From positions 1 to 28,507 of IMG/VR virus record IMGVR_UViG_3300042549_004653: a stretch of DNA of 28,507 nt; one strand, written 5' to 3'. This document shows, in pieces, positions 9,440 to 17,295 of the stretch. The DNA is from a virus (taxonomy: Duplodnaviria > Caudoviricetes). The notes under the pieces are model-generated. The model saw nothing but the letters and a program-made list of their open reading frames with translations, did no database searches and was not told the origin of the DNA. A program made the position numbers and the translations under genes. Position 1 is the first letter of the stretch, and each line of letters begins with the position of its first letter.

Positions 9440-10246
9440 ATGACACAAGCTTTTAATTTAAGCCAATTGGCTAACAAAGTAAATACATCAGGTCAGCTTG
9501 ATGTAGCGACAGGGGTTACAGGCACTCAAGCCGTTGCCAATGGTGGCACAGGGCAATCAACTTATACTGATGGTCAATTGTTAATTGGCAATACTACAGG
9601 CAACACTTTAACAAAAGCTACAATAACTGCGGGATCAGGAATTACAGTTACCAATGGAAGCGGTGCAATTACTATTGCCGCATCAGGCGGCGGTGGTCTT
9701 GGCGGTATGACTGCTTATACATCAAGCGGATCAACAACATTTACTATTCCTACAGGAAAAACAGTTATTAAAGCAACTGTAACAGGTGGTGGTGGTAGCG
9801 GGGGTTCAACATCAAGCAACGCATTTCAAGGTGGTGGTGGTGGTGGCGGAACTGCTATAAAATATTTAACAAGTGTAACGCCAGGTAATACAATTTCTGT
9901 AACAGTTGGTGCTGGTGGCGGTGGAGTTTATTTAACTTCTGGTAATAGTGGTGGCACATCATCAATTTCATCAGGCACTCAAACTATTTCTACAGTATCT
10001 GCAACAGGCGGGAGTGGCGGCGGCGGTGGCGGTGGGAGTGGCGGAAGCGGATCGGGTGGGGATTTAAATTTAAATGGCTCTAGTGGTGGAAATCTGATTA
10101 CTAATGTAGGCGGTTCAGGTGGCGCTTCATTTTTTGGGGGTGGTGGTGCTAATGGTGGTGGATTTAATGGGGGCGGCAGTAAAGGGGTAGGTGGCTATAG
10201 CACTTCATCCGCAGGCGGAACAGGATTAGTAGTTTTTGAATATTAA
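9440..10246 (+). CDS. Glycine-rich tail fibre / receptor-binding protein
   Basis: AVANGGTG fibre motif, YTDGQLLIG, then Gly-rich domain (FTIPTG..V-T-GGGG-S-GG ... GGTGLVVFEY). Confidence 0.75.
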   Translation: MTQAFNLSQLANKVNTSGQLDVATGVTGTQAVANGGTGQSTYTDGQLLIGNTTGNTLTKATITAGSGITVTNGSGAITIAASGGGGLGGMTAYTSSGSTTFTIPTGKTVIKATVTGGGGSGGSTSSNAFQGGGGGGGTAIKYLTSVTPGNTISVTVGAGGGGVYLTSGNSGGTSSISSGTQTISTVSATGGSGGGGGGGSGGSGSGGDLNLNGSSGGNLITNVGGSGGASFFGGGGANGGGFNGGGSKGVGGYSTSSAGGTGLVVFEY

Positions 10247-10264
10247 TATATAAGGATAAATTAA

Positions 10265-10489
10265 ATGACAAATAAAGCATTAATATCACCTTTAGAAATA
10301 GTTTATGATTATGAAGGAAATGCTATTGGCGAAAGAATAGCGCAAGTTGTTAATGATGGTGAAACATTTCCTGTTGCTGATCCTTTATACTGGAAAGATT
10401 GCGCAGATGATGTTGTTGCAGATCAATGGTATTTACAAACAACAACAAATGAAATTTTGCCTAAACCACAAGCGCCCGAACCTGTATAA
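10265..10489 (+). CDS. Small acidic fibre-associated protein (possible fibre chaperone)
   Basis: 74 aa following the Gly-rich fibre; FPVA..L.W.DC.D.V..D.WY; SD AAGGA. Confidence 0.6.
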   Translation: MTNKALISPLEIVYDYEGNAIGERIAQVVNDGETFPVADPLYWKDCADDVVADQWYLQTTTNEILPKPQAPEPV

Positions 10490-10526
10490 TTAAAAAAATA
10501 TAATATAATATAAGAAAAGAAAATGT

Positions 10527-11282
10527 ATGAAAAAATTTATAGGATTAAGTGGGCTTCCACGATCAGGTTCAACTCTTTTATCTTCTATATTATCTCAAAA
10601 TCCTGACATTCATGCTGAAGGCAATTCAGCAGTTTGTCAGATGATGTGGGATTTAGATCAATCATGCGATATTAATTGCAAAGAGCAATTAGTAGCAAAT
10701 CATAGACAACAAACTCAATTAGATGTTATTTCAGCAATTCCTCATATTTATTATAAAAATGTAACCAAGCCAATTATTATTGATAAATGCAGATCATGGA
10801 CTTTACCTGCTAATTTATTTTTAATGCAAAGATATATTACAGAAAATATAAAAATTATTGTATTAGAAAGACCTATCATTGAAATTGTTAAATCTTTTGT
10901 AAATTTAAGAAAAGAAAATAATTGGGAAGGTGATTTTGAAAAAGGATTGCTTGATGAAGGATCAGAACCTATTATAAGATCATTACATGGTATCAAATGG
11001 GCAAAAGAAAACAATGCTAATAATACATTTTTATTTATTCAATACAATGATTTAATAAACAATGCAAAAAAAACTATTAATCAAATATATAAATTTATTG
11101 ATGAACCTATTTTTGAACATGATTTAAATAATATTATAAATAAACATCCTGAAGATGATGAAGTTTATAATATGATAGGTCAGCATGATATAAGACCTAC
11201 AATTAATAAAAGACAAATTAATATAGAATTATCACAAGAAACGATAGATAGATGTCAAGAATTAGAACAATTGCCATTATAG
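10527..11282 (+). CDS. PAPS-dependent sulfotransferase family protein
   Basis: 5'-PSB loop GLPRSGSTLL..IL.Q.P, IIDK, KIIVLERP....VKS (3'-PB motif), I-x-Y-x-D-L. Confidence 0.85.
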   Translation: MKKFIGLSGLPRSGSTLLSSILSQNPDIHAEGNSAVCQMMWDLDQSCDINCKEQLVANHRQQTQLDVISAIPHIYYKNVTKPIIIDKCRSWTLPANLFLMQRYITENIKIIVLERPIIEIVKSFVNLRKENNWEGDFEKGLLDEGSEPIIRSLHGIKWAKENNANNTFLFIQYNDLINNAKKTINQIYKFIDEPIFEHDLNNIINKHPEDDEVYNMIGQHDIRPTINKRQINIELSQETIDRCQELEQLPL

Positions 11283-11656
11283 GTTTATCAGGATCAGGCA
11301 AAACTACGCTAGCAAAAGCATTAGCTAAAGAACTTTGTGCTAAACATTTAAACGCTGATGAAATTAGACATGAATATAATGATTGGGATTTTTCTGAAGC
11401 TGGTCGATTAAGACAAGCGCATAGAATTAAAAACTTATCTGATAAGCATGATTTAGTAGTATGCGATTTTATAGCACCTAAAGCTATTCATAGACATATT
11501 GTCAATGCTGATTTATTAGTTTGGATGGATACAGTTCAAGAAAGTCAATACAAAGATACTGATAGTTTATTTGAGCCGCCTAATCAATATAATTTTAGAA
11601 TTACAGAGAAAAATGCAGATAAATATGTTAAAATAATCTGCAATTCTATAAGATAA
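11252..11656 (+). CDS. cysC: Adenylylsulfate (APS) kinase-like P-loop kinase, short form
   Basis: IIGLSGSGKTTLA-x-A-L, LNADEIR, DFS-x-x-G-R-x-R-Q-A-x-R, DFIAP, terminal FEPP; the canonical CysC lid segment is shortened. Confidence 0.7.
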   Translation: MSRIRTIAIIGLSGSGKTTLAKALAKELCAKHLNADEIRHEYNDWDFSEAGRLRQAHRIKNLSDKHDLVVCDFIAPKAIHRHIVNADLLVWMDTVQESQYKDTDSLFEPPNQYNFRITEKNADKYVKIICNSIR

Positions 11657-11663
11657 GACCATC

Positions 11664-11696
11664 CGCATTGCGTCAGTTAGATGCTTGCGTTATTTA
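11664..11696 (+). other. Intergenic stem-loop (weak terminator or 5' leader structure)
   Basis: CGCA-tt-GCGTC-agtta-GATGC-t-TGCG followed by TTATTT; GC-rich patch in AT-rich surroundings. Confidence 0.4.
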
Positions 11697-11711
11697 CCTA
11701 GTGAGGAAAAC

Positions 11712-12197
11712 ATGGCTATCTTTAATAAAAATTCACTCCGTCAAGTATCGGGGTTTGATAATCAAATCATTGCAGGCGAGTTAGTTTATAACCAAGCTAC
11801 TTATTGGAATTTAACTTTAACTGCAACTGGCACAGAGCTTCCAATAGATTTAACAGGCGCAACTATTAGCGCATCAATTATTCGTAGGCAATTATCTAAT
11901 GTTCGAGATAGTCGTTATGGACTTACTTTTGACATTGCTGATTACTCACCACCACCTTCCGCAGTTACTCTTACCATTACTAATAAGGTTGATGCCGCAG
12001 GCACATTTACTTTAGTAATTGATGAAGGTGCATGGGGTGTTATAGCAAGCGATCCTCAATTAGATATTAATGCTGAAAACTGTGTAGGCTTTTCAGGTCG
12101 CATTAAAATTTCTTATCCTGCAAGTGGCTCAACACCTGCTCAAGATTTAATTATTTTCTTACTATTCCTAGTAAGATCAGACGGAGTGATAAACTAA
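11712..12197 (+). CDS. Putative virion adaptor (BppU-like N-terminal fold)
   Basis: PIDLTGATI-x-A-x-I-x-R and G-x-F-x-L-x-I patterns of BppU-like domains; start moved to ATG 11712 because of SD GAGGA. Confidence 0.55.
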   Translation: MAIFNKNSLRQVSGFDNQIIAGELVYNQATYWNLTLTATGTELPIDLTGATISASIIRRQLSNVRDSRYGLTFDIADYSPPPSAVTLTITNKVDAAGTFTLVIDEGAWGVIASDPQLDINAENCVGFSGRIKISYPASGSTPAQDLIIFLLFLVRSDGVIN

Positions 12198-12198
12198 A

Positions 12199-14262
12199 AT
12201 GGCTATTATTAATGCATCAATTCAATCAGCGGCGGATGTAACTTTAACTGTTGATCGCGGAATTATTGGAACTTCAGGGGCATCAGGTTACTCCGGTTTT
12301 TCAGGTTATAGTGGGCTTGGTTTTTCGGGCGGATCAGGCGTTTCAGGCTATTCAGGTTATAGCGGTTTTTCAGGTTATAGCGGATCAGGTATTTCAGGAT
12401 TTTCAGGTTATTCAGGATCAGGCACAAGTGGTTTTTCGGGCTTTAGCGGTCAAGCAGGCCCTCAAGGCGTATCAGGTTTTAGTGGAATTTCAGGTCAAGA
12501 TGGTTTAAGCGGATTTAGTGGACAATCAGGTTTCAGCGGTTATTCAGGATCAGGTATCAGCGGTTATAGCGGTGCTACAGGCCCTCAAGGCATTAGCGGA
12601 TTTAGTGGCGCACAAGGAGCGTCAGGTTTCAGCGGCCAATCCGGACAAGATGGAGCTAGTGGCATAAGTGGCTTTAGCGGATTTTCAGGATCAGGAATAA
12701 GTGGCTATAGTGGTTATAGCGGTGAAGCAGGGCCACAAGGTATTTCAGGATTTAGTGGTTATAGTGGACAAGATGGCCAATCAGGCTATAGTGGTTTTTC
12801 AGGCCAAAATGGTGCATCAGGAATCAGCGGATTCAGCGGTTATAGTGGATCAGGCGTTAGTGGTTTTTCAGGATATAGTGGCGAAGCAGGGCCGCAAGGC
12901 ATAAGTGGTTTTTCAGGAATCAGCGGATTTTCAGGCCAAGATGGTGCTAGCGGTATATCCGGTTTTTCAGGCTATAGTGGATCGGGTATTTCAGGTTATA
13001 GTGGCTATAGTGGCGAAGTTGGCGCATCAGGTGAATCAGGATATAGTGGCTGGTCAGGTCAGGTAGGTGCAAGCGGCTTCAGCGGATTCAGCGGCATATC
13101 AGGTTTTTCAGGATATAGCGGATCGGGAGTAAGTGGTTTTAGCGGTTATTCAGGCGAATCAGGATTTAGTGGAATCAATGGGTTAAGCGGATATTCAGGT
13201 CAAGATGGTCAATCAGGCTACTCCGGATTTAGCGGATTTAGTGGTCAGGTTGGTTTTTCAGGATTAAGTGGTTTCAGCGGATTCAGCGGGGAAGTAGGTG
13301 CATCAGGATTTTCAGGAATCAGCGGTGCATCAGGCTATTCAGGAATCAGCGGTTTCAGCGGAACTCCAGGATCATCATCAAGCTTTTTTGAATATCATGC
13401 TCATACAGGATCAACTTCAGGTTATCCAGGCGATGGTGCGATTAGCTGGAATAATGCAACTCAAGTGAGTGCAACGGCAGTTAATGTTTCACATCTTACA
13501 GAACAAAATGTTGATATTGATGTTTATTTAGCTTTATTAAAAGTTACAGAGCAATTTGTTATTCAAGATGCTAGTGCAAGTGCTAATCAACAAACTTGGG
13601 AAATTAATGGAACGCCTGTTCACTATAATGCAGGAACTTCTACATCATATTGGGAATATCCTGTAACTTTAATTTCAAGCGCAGGCACAGGCACTACAGG
13701 TTTTGCTAATAATCATAATTTAATATTTGCTCTTGTTAATGGTGTGTCAGGATTCAGCGGCTATAGTGGTTTTAGTGGCTATAGTGGATTCAGCGGTGCA
13801 TCAGGAATTAGCGGCTTCAGCGGTTATTCAGGCGAACAAGGCATTCAAGGAATTAGCGGATATTCAGGTTATAGTGGCTATAGTGGCGAACAAGGTTCAA
13901 GCGGCTTCAGCGGTATCAATGGCGCTTCAGGAATATCAGGATTCAGCGGTGCTAATGGGGCTAGTGGAATTAGTGGCTTTAGTGGTTATTCAGGAAGCGG
14001 TATATCAGGCTTTTCAGGATTTTCAGGATATAGTGGCGTTCAAGCAAGTTTAGTTGGCAATTTAATTTATAATGCTTATACTGCAACCGCAGGACAAACA
14101 AGTTTTACAACAACTAATACTTATACTGCAAGCAAAATACAAGTATCAGTAAATGGGGTTATACTTGTTAATGGAACTGATTGCACAGTATCGGGCGGAA
14201 CTACATTTACAACAACTGCATTAGCATTAAACGATAGGGTATTAGCAATATATCCAATTTAA
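12199..14262 (+). CDS. Ser-Gly-X triplet-repeat (collagen-like) putative virion fibre protein
   Basis: Two tracts of (S-G-F/Y/I) with occasional GPQG, separated by a globular insert; C-terminal ATAGQT..F..V-x-V-NG domain. Confidence 0.8.
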   Translation: MAIINASIQSAADVTLTVDRGIIGTSGASGYSGFSGYSGLGFSGGSGVSGYSGYSGFSGYSGSGISGFSGYSGSGTSGFSGFSGQAGPQGVSGFSGISGQDGLSGFSGQSGFSGYSGSGISGYSGATGPQGISGFSGAQGASGFSGQSGQDGASGISGFSGFSGSGISGYSGYSGEAGPQGISGFSGYSGQDGQSGYSGFSGQNGASGISGFSGYSGSGVSGFSGYSGEAGPQGISGFSGISGFSGQDGASGISGFSGYSGSGISGYSGYSGEVGASGESGYSGWSGQVGASGFSGFSGISGFSGYSGSGVSGFSGYSGESGFSGINGLSGYSGQDGQSGYSGFSGFSGQVGFSGLSGFSGFSGEVGASGFSGISGASGYSGISGFSGTPGSSSSFFEYHAHTGSTSGYPGDGAISWNNATQVSATAVNVSHLTEQNVDIDVYLALLKVTEQFVIQDASASANQQTWEINGTPVHYNAGTSTSYWEYPVTLISSAGTGTTGFANNHNLIFALVNGVSGFSGYSGFSGYSGFSGASGISGFSGYSGEQGIQGISGYSGYSGYSGEQGSSGFSGINGASGISGFSGANGASGISGFSGYSGSGISGFSGFSGYSGVQASLVGNLIYNAYTATAGQTSFTTTNTYTASKIQVSVNGVILVNGTDCTVSGGTTFTTTALALNDRVLAIYPI
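12268..13370 (+). repeat. Coding tandem repeat tract 1 (9-bp period, Ser-Gly-X)
   Basis: Degenerate TCAGGN/AGYGGN units every 9 nt, with higher-order blocks such as SGFSGYSGSGISGYSGYSGE. Confidence 0.9.
13741..14040 (+). repeat. Coding tandem repeat tract 2 (Ser-Gly-X)
   Basis: Same unit as tract 1, resumed after the globular insert. Confidence 0.9.
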
Positions 14263-14271
14263 AGGATTAAT

Positions 14272-14901
14272 ATGAATAAGATAACACAAGAAGTTTTGGA
14301 CTACTTAAAAGAGTATGACAAAAATCAATATAGATTTTTACTTACAAATAATTACGAGCGAGCGGTTTTTCTAAAAGGCGATCCCGTCTATCCTAGAGAA
14401 GCCACTCGTTATCTATGGGCTAACCGCAATTTATTAGGCAAGAATATTCTTGAAATAGGTTGCTCCACAGGTTACGGCTATCAATTCCTTCCTAATGATG
14501 CAAACTATATAGGTTTAGATTACGATTCTCTTATTATAGAGGTCGCACGCGAACAGGAATGGGGCTTAAACGCATCTTTTACAAACGCTAATATAAACAC
14601 CTATCCTTTAGCTCAATACGACACCATAATTGCTTTTGAATTAATTGAGCATATTGATAATGGACTAGAGATAGCACAAAAACTTAAGCAACATTGCAAA
14701 CGACTTCTATTAACCACTCCACATAATGAGCCTGTAGGATTTTGGGGCGAACATCATAAGCTTCATGGCTTAAACGAATCACACTTTCCTGACTTTAAAT
14801 TTAATTACATTAATGAGCATGGTTTTATTTCAGAAACTATGCGCGAAGTTAATGATAACAATAAATTTAATCTTATGATTATGAGGTGGGATCGTGGATA
14901 A
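14272..14901 (+). CDS. Class I SAM-dependent methyltransferase
   Basis: RY-x-WA, ILEIGCSTGYG (motif I), YIGLD, YDTIIAFELIEH, LLLTTP. Confidence 0.88.
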   Translation: MNKITQEVLDYLKEYDKNQYRFLLTNNYERAVFLKGDPVYPREATRYLWANRNLLGKNILEIGCSTGYGYQFLPNDANYIGLDYDSLIIEVAREQEWGLNASFTNANINTYPLAQYDTIIAFELIEHIDNGLEIAQKLKQHCKRLLLTTPHNEPVGFWGEHHKLHGLNESHFPDFKFNYINEHGFISETMREVNDNNKFNLMIMRWDRG

Positions 14902-15862
14902 AGTTCTTTGCTCTGTAGCTACTCGCGGTCGTTATCAAACTACTTTACCTTTAACGCTTAACGCTATAATTAATCAGACAAAAAAGGTTGATAAGCTAGT
15001 TATCTTTGATGACAATGATGATCCACAAGATATGCGGAAAGAATTAGTATATAGCTACTTCTTTCAAATACTTTCCATTAAAGGCATTGCTTGGGAATGG
15101 GTTTATGCTGGAAAAAAAGGTCAGCATTACATTCATCAAATGGCTAATGGCATGGGCTTTGATTGGGTGTGGCGCGTTGATGATGACGCAATACCCGAAC
15201 CCAATGTCTTACAAAATCTTTTTAATTACACTCATAAAAATGTAGGCGCAGTAGGTGGCGCAATATTAACTCCACCATTACAATTTCAGAATGAAAAGCC
15301 TACAGGCAAAATAGAATTAATTAATAGAGAGCCTAACATTCAATGGTCTTTTATTCAAAAGGTTAAAGAGGTTGAGCATCTTCATTGTTCTTTTCTTTAC
15401 AGAGCTGGGGTGCATGATTATCATTTAGGGCTTTCAAGGGTAGCGCATAGAGAAGAAACATTATTTACTTATGGACTATTTAAAAAAGGCTATAAAATTC
15501 TTGCCGTTCCTAATGCTAATACTTGGCATTTTAAAAATCCTAATGGCGGAATAAGAAGCGAATCCAATGAAATTCTTTATGGGCAAGATGAAACTGTATT
15601 TAATAATTTAATTAATTATAGTGATAAAACAATTGTGATATTAAATGGTGGCATGGGCGATCATATAGTCTTTAAGCGTGTAATGCCTGACATTACAAAT
15701 CCTGAAATATTTACTTGTTTCCCTGACATAGTGCCTGGCAAATCTATTGCTGAAGCGCATCAATTATTTGGTGATCTTGATACATGGAATATTTATATTA
15801 AAATGTATCAATGGAAATGGAAAGACAGTTTAGAAAATGCTTATAGGAAATTATATCTATGA
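14894..15862 (+). CDS. GT2 (GT-A) glycosyltransferase with C-terminal GT9-like N-domain
   Basis: L-x-A-I-x-N-Q-T, VIFDD, WVWRVDDD (DxD), VGAVGG, REET..GYKI..P-x-A-x-T-x-H; then VILNGGMGDHI resembling the GT9 GIGD motif. Confidence 0.85.
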   Translation: MDKVLCSVATRGRYQTTLPLTLNAIINQTKKVDKLVIFDDNDDPQDMRKELVYSYFFQILSIKGIAWEWVYAGKKGQHYIHQMANGMGFDWVWRVDDDAIPEPNVLQNLFNYTHKNVGAVGGAILTPPLQFQNEKPTGKIELINREPNIQWSFIQKVKEVEHLHCSFLYRAGVHDYHLGLSRVAHREETLFTYGLFKKGYKILAVPNANTWHFKNPNGGIRSESNEILYGQDETVFNNLINYSDKTIVILNGGMGDHIVFKRVMPDITNPEIFTCFPDIVPGKSIAEAHQLFGDLDTWNIYIKMYQWKWKDSLENAYRKLYL

Positions 15863-16302
15863 TTATTATTAGTCCTTATGCTAAAGCTTTGAAAAGCGGA
15901 AAAAATAATCCTAAAAACTATTCTTATTGGAAAGAACTTATTAGACTAATTGATGAGCCAATAGTTCAAGTAGGCATAGAAGGTGAAGAACAATTAGTTG
16001 ATGACTTTAGAAAAAACTTAACACTTGATGAGCTTGGAAAGCTTGTTGATCAATGCAAAACATGGATAAGTTGCGATTCTTTTATGCAACATTTTTGTTG
16101 GGATCGTAAAAAATATGGTATAGTTCTATGGTCGGTTTCTGATCCTCTGATATTTGGACACCCTGAAAATATTAACCTATTGAAAGATAGGAATAATTTG
16201 GTTGAAAATCAATTTTTATGGTGGGAAGATACAGAGCATGATGCTAACAAATTTGTTAATCCTGAAATAGTGATTGAAAGTTTAAATGCAAACTTCCCAT
16301 GA
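15859..16302 (+). CDS. GT9 / heptosyltransferase-like C-terminal domain protein
   Basis: IIISP, K-x-Y-x-x-W-x-E-L, VQVG, L-T-L-x-E-L, ISCDSFMQH (cf. GT9 DSG-x-M-H), GIVLW..SDP..FG, V-x-P-E-x-V. Confidence 0.75.
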   Translation: MIIISPYAKALKSGKNNPKNYSYWKELIRLIDEPIVQVGIEGEEQLVDDFRKNLTLDELGKLVDQCKTWISCDSFMQHFCWDRKKYGIVLWSVSDPLIFGHPENINLLKDRNNLVENQFLWWEDTEHDANKFVNPEIVIESLNANFP

Positions 16303-16474
16303 AACCATTGATGACATATTCGATTTTCTACAAAATAAAACAATCAAAGATATTGGCTCTGATTATTACGATAATAAAAATTATTTGGTTATTTTATTAT
16401 CTGATGGTTCTCTTTGCTATATATCTTCTAGCGGCGATTTGTTTATGGCTCTCGAACGCCATCTCATTAATTAG
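16286..16474 (+). CDS. Hypothetical acidic protein
   Basis: 62 aa ORF filling the gap, plausible composition. Confidence 0.55.
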   Translation: MQTSHETIDDIFDFLQNKTIKDIGSDYYDNKNYLVILLSDGSLCYISSSGDLFMALERHLIN

Positions 16475-16488
16475 TAGAAAGAAATAAT

Positions 16489-16650
16489 ATGGACATGCAA
16501 GAACACACGAAACATGTATTAGATACAGTTTCGGGAATTACAGTTTTAGGAACTGTTATGAAATTTTTACCAGCTATTGCGGCGTTGTTATCAATAGTTT
16601 GGTATTGCATAAGGATTTTTGAATGGGCGCGTTCTAAATTTAAAAAATAA
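16489..16650 (+). CDS. Small membrane protein, holin-like (not in ORF track)
   Basis: MDMQEHTKHVLDTVSGITVLGTVMKFLPAIAALLSIVWYCIRIFEWARSKFKK: 53 aa, hydrophobic core, basic C-tail, two Met at positions 1 and 3. Confidence 0.7.
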   Translation: MDMQEHTKHVLDTVSGITVLGTVMKFLPAIAALLSIVWYCIRIFEWARSKFKK

Positions 16651-16654
16651 AATA

Positions 16655-17014
16655 ATGCCCTTAAAAGATAAAAGCAAAACAAAAGATTATTTAAGGGCTT
16701 GGAAAGACAAGAACCGAGAGAAAAATCTTTTTCAGTTAGCTCGACATCGTGCCTTAAAAAAAGGTATTGAATTCAATATAGAAATATCCGATATAGTTAT
16801 TCCTGAAACATGCCCTATCTTGGGACTTCCTATTAAAAAATTAATTGATGGTAATCGTGATTTAAGTCCTAGCCTTGATCGCATAGATAATGCTAAAGGT
16901 TACATTAAAGGCAATATTCAGGTAATATCTTTTAAAGCTAATGCTATGAAGCTTACTGCTAATAAAAATGAATTAATTAACTTTTCTAATTGGGTGAGAG
17001 AAAACTATGAGTAA
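16655..17014 (+). CDS. His-Me finger / HNH-like endonuclease family protein
   Basis: A-x-x-R-A-x-K-K-G-I-x-F-N-I, P-x-x-CPILG, SPSLDRID-x-x-KGY-x-x-GNIQVIS-x-x-AN; start at ATG 16655 after the preceding stop. Confidence 0.7.
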   Translation: MPLKDKSKTKDYLRAWKDKNREKNLFQLARHRALKKGIEFNIEISDIVIPETCPILGLPIKKLIDGNRDLSPSLDRIDNAKGYIKGNIQVISFKANAMKLTANKNELINFSNWVRENYE

Positions 17015-17219
17015 ATATTCGGAAGCTGGTAAAGGATCAATTAATAAGCTTAAACAAAAAAGCTTGTATGATGAGAATTACGAAAAGATTTGGGGCAGTA
17101 AAAAGAATAAGCTTTATGAGGAACGCTATTATGATTCTGATGAAACAACTTCATGGGATCAAGATAAGGTTGATATGATTGGTCTTAATAACAATACAGG
17201 CGATCATTATATAAAATAA
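17007..17219 (+). CDS. Hypothetical protein
   Basis: 70 aa, GKGS...Y-x-E-N-Y-x-K-I-W-G; last gene of the rightward arm. Confidence 0.6.
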   Translation: MSKYSEAGKGSINKLKQKSLYDENYEKIWGSKKNKLYEERYYDSDETTSWDQDKVDMIGLNNNTGDHYIK

Positions 17220-17249
17220 AAAAGGGGCAATTAAGCCCCTTAATTATTT
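17213..17249. terminator. Bidirectional intrinsic terminator between convergent arms
   Basis: AAGGGGC-aattaa-GCCCCTT (17222-17241), A-run on the left (U-tail for the minus strand) and T-rich tail on the right. Confidence 0.8.
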
Positions 17250-17295
17250 GTGAATACCATTTTCTGAAGAACGCTATTCACCTTATTTAAAATAA

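Noticed and set aside
10457-10490. TTGCCT...TATAAT as a sigma70 promoter for the sulfotransferase
   Set aside because: The spacer is 22 bp, too long; only -10-like hexamers are supportable.
12268-14040. Repeat tracts as a CRISPR array or DGR template/variable repeat
   Set aside because: Variation is at synonymous positions of an intact ORF; no spacers, no adenine-specific mismatch pair, and no cas or reverse transcriptase gene.
12251-14053. Alternative-frame ORFs (12251, 12701, 13727) inside the SG-repeat gene
   Set aside because: By-products of the 9-bp coding repeat; no SD and repeat-derived composition.
14272-14901. Methyltransferase as a DNA methylase of a restriction-modification system
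   Set aside because: No DPPY/NPPY or PC catalytic motif; the FELIEH/TTP pattern and GT neighbours fit a small-molecule or glycan methyltransferase.
16467-16682. Minus-strand 71-aa ORF, and the 16299-16487 ORF
   Set aside because: The first is antisense to the better-supported 16489-16650 gene in a rightward operon; the second is an out-of-frame shadow of 16286-16474.
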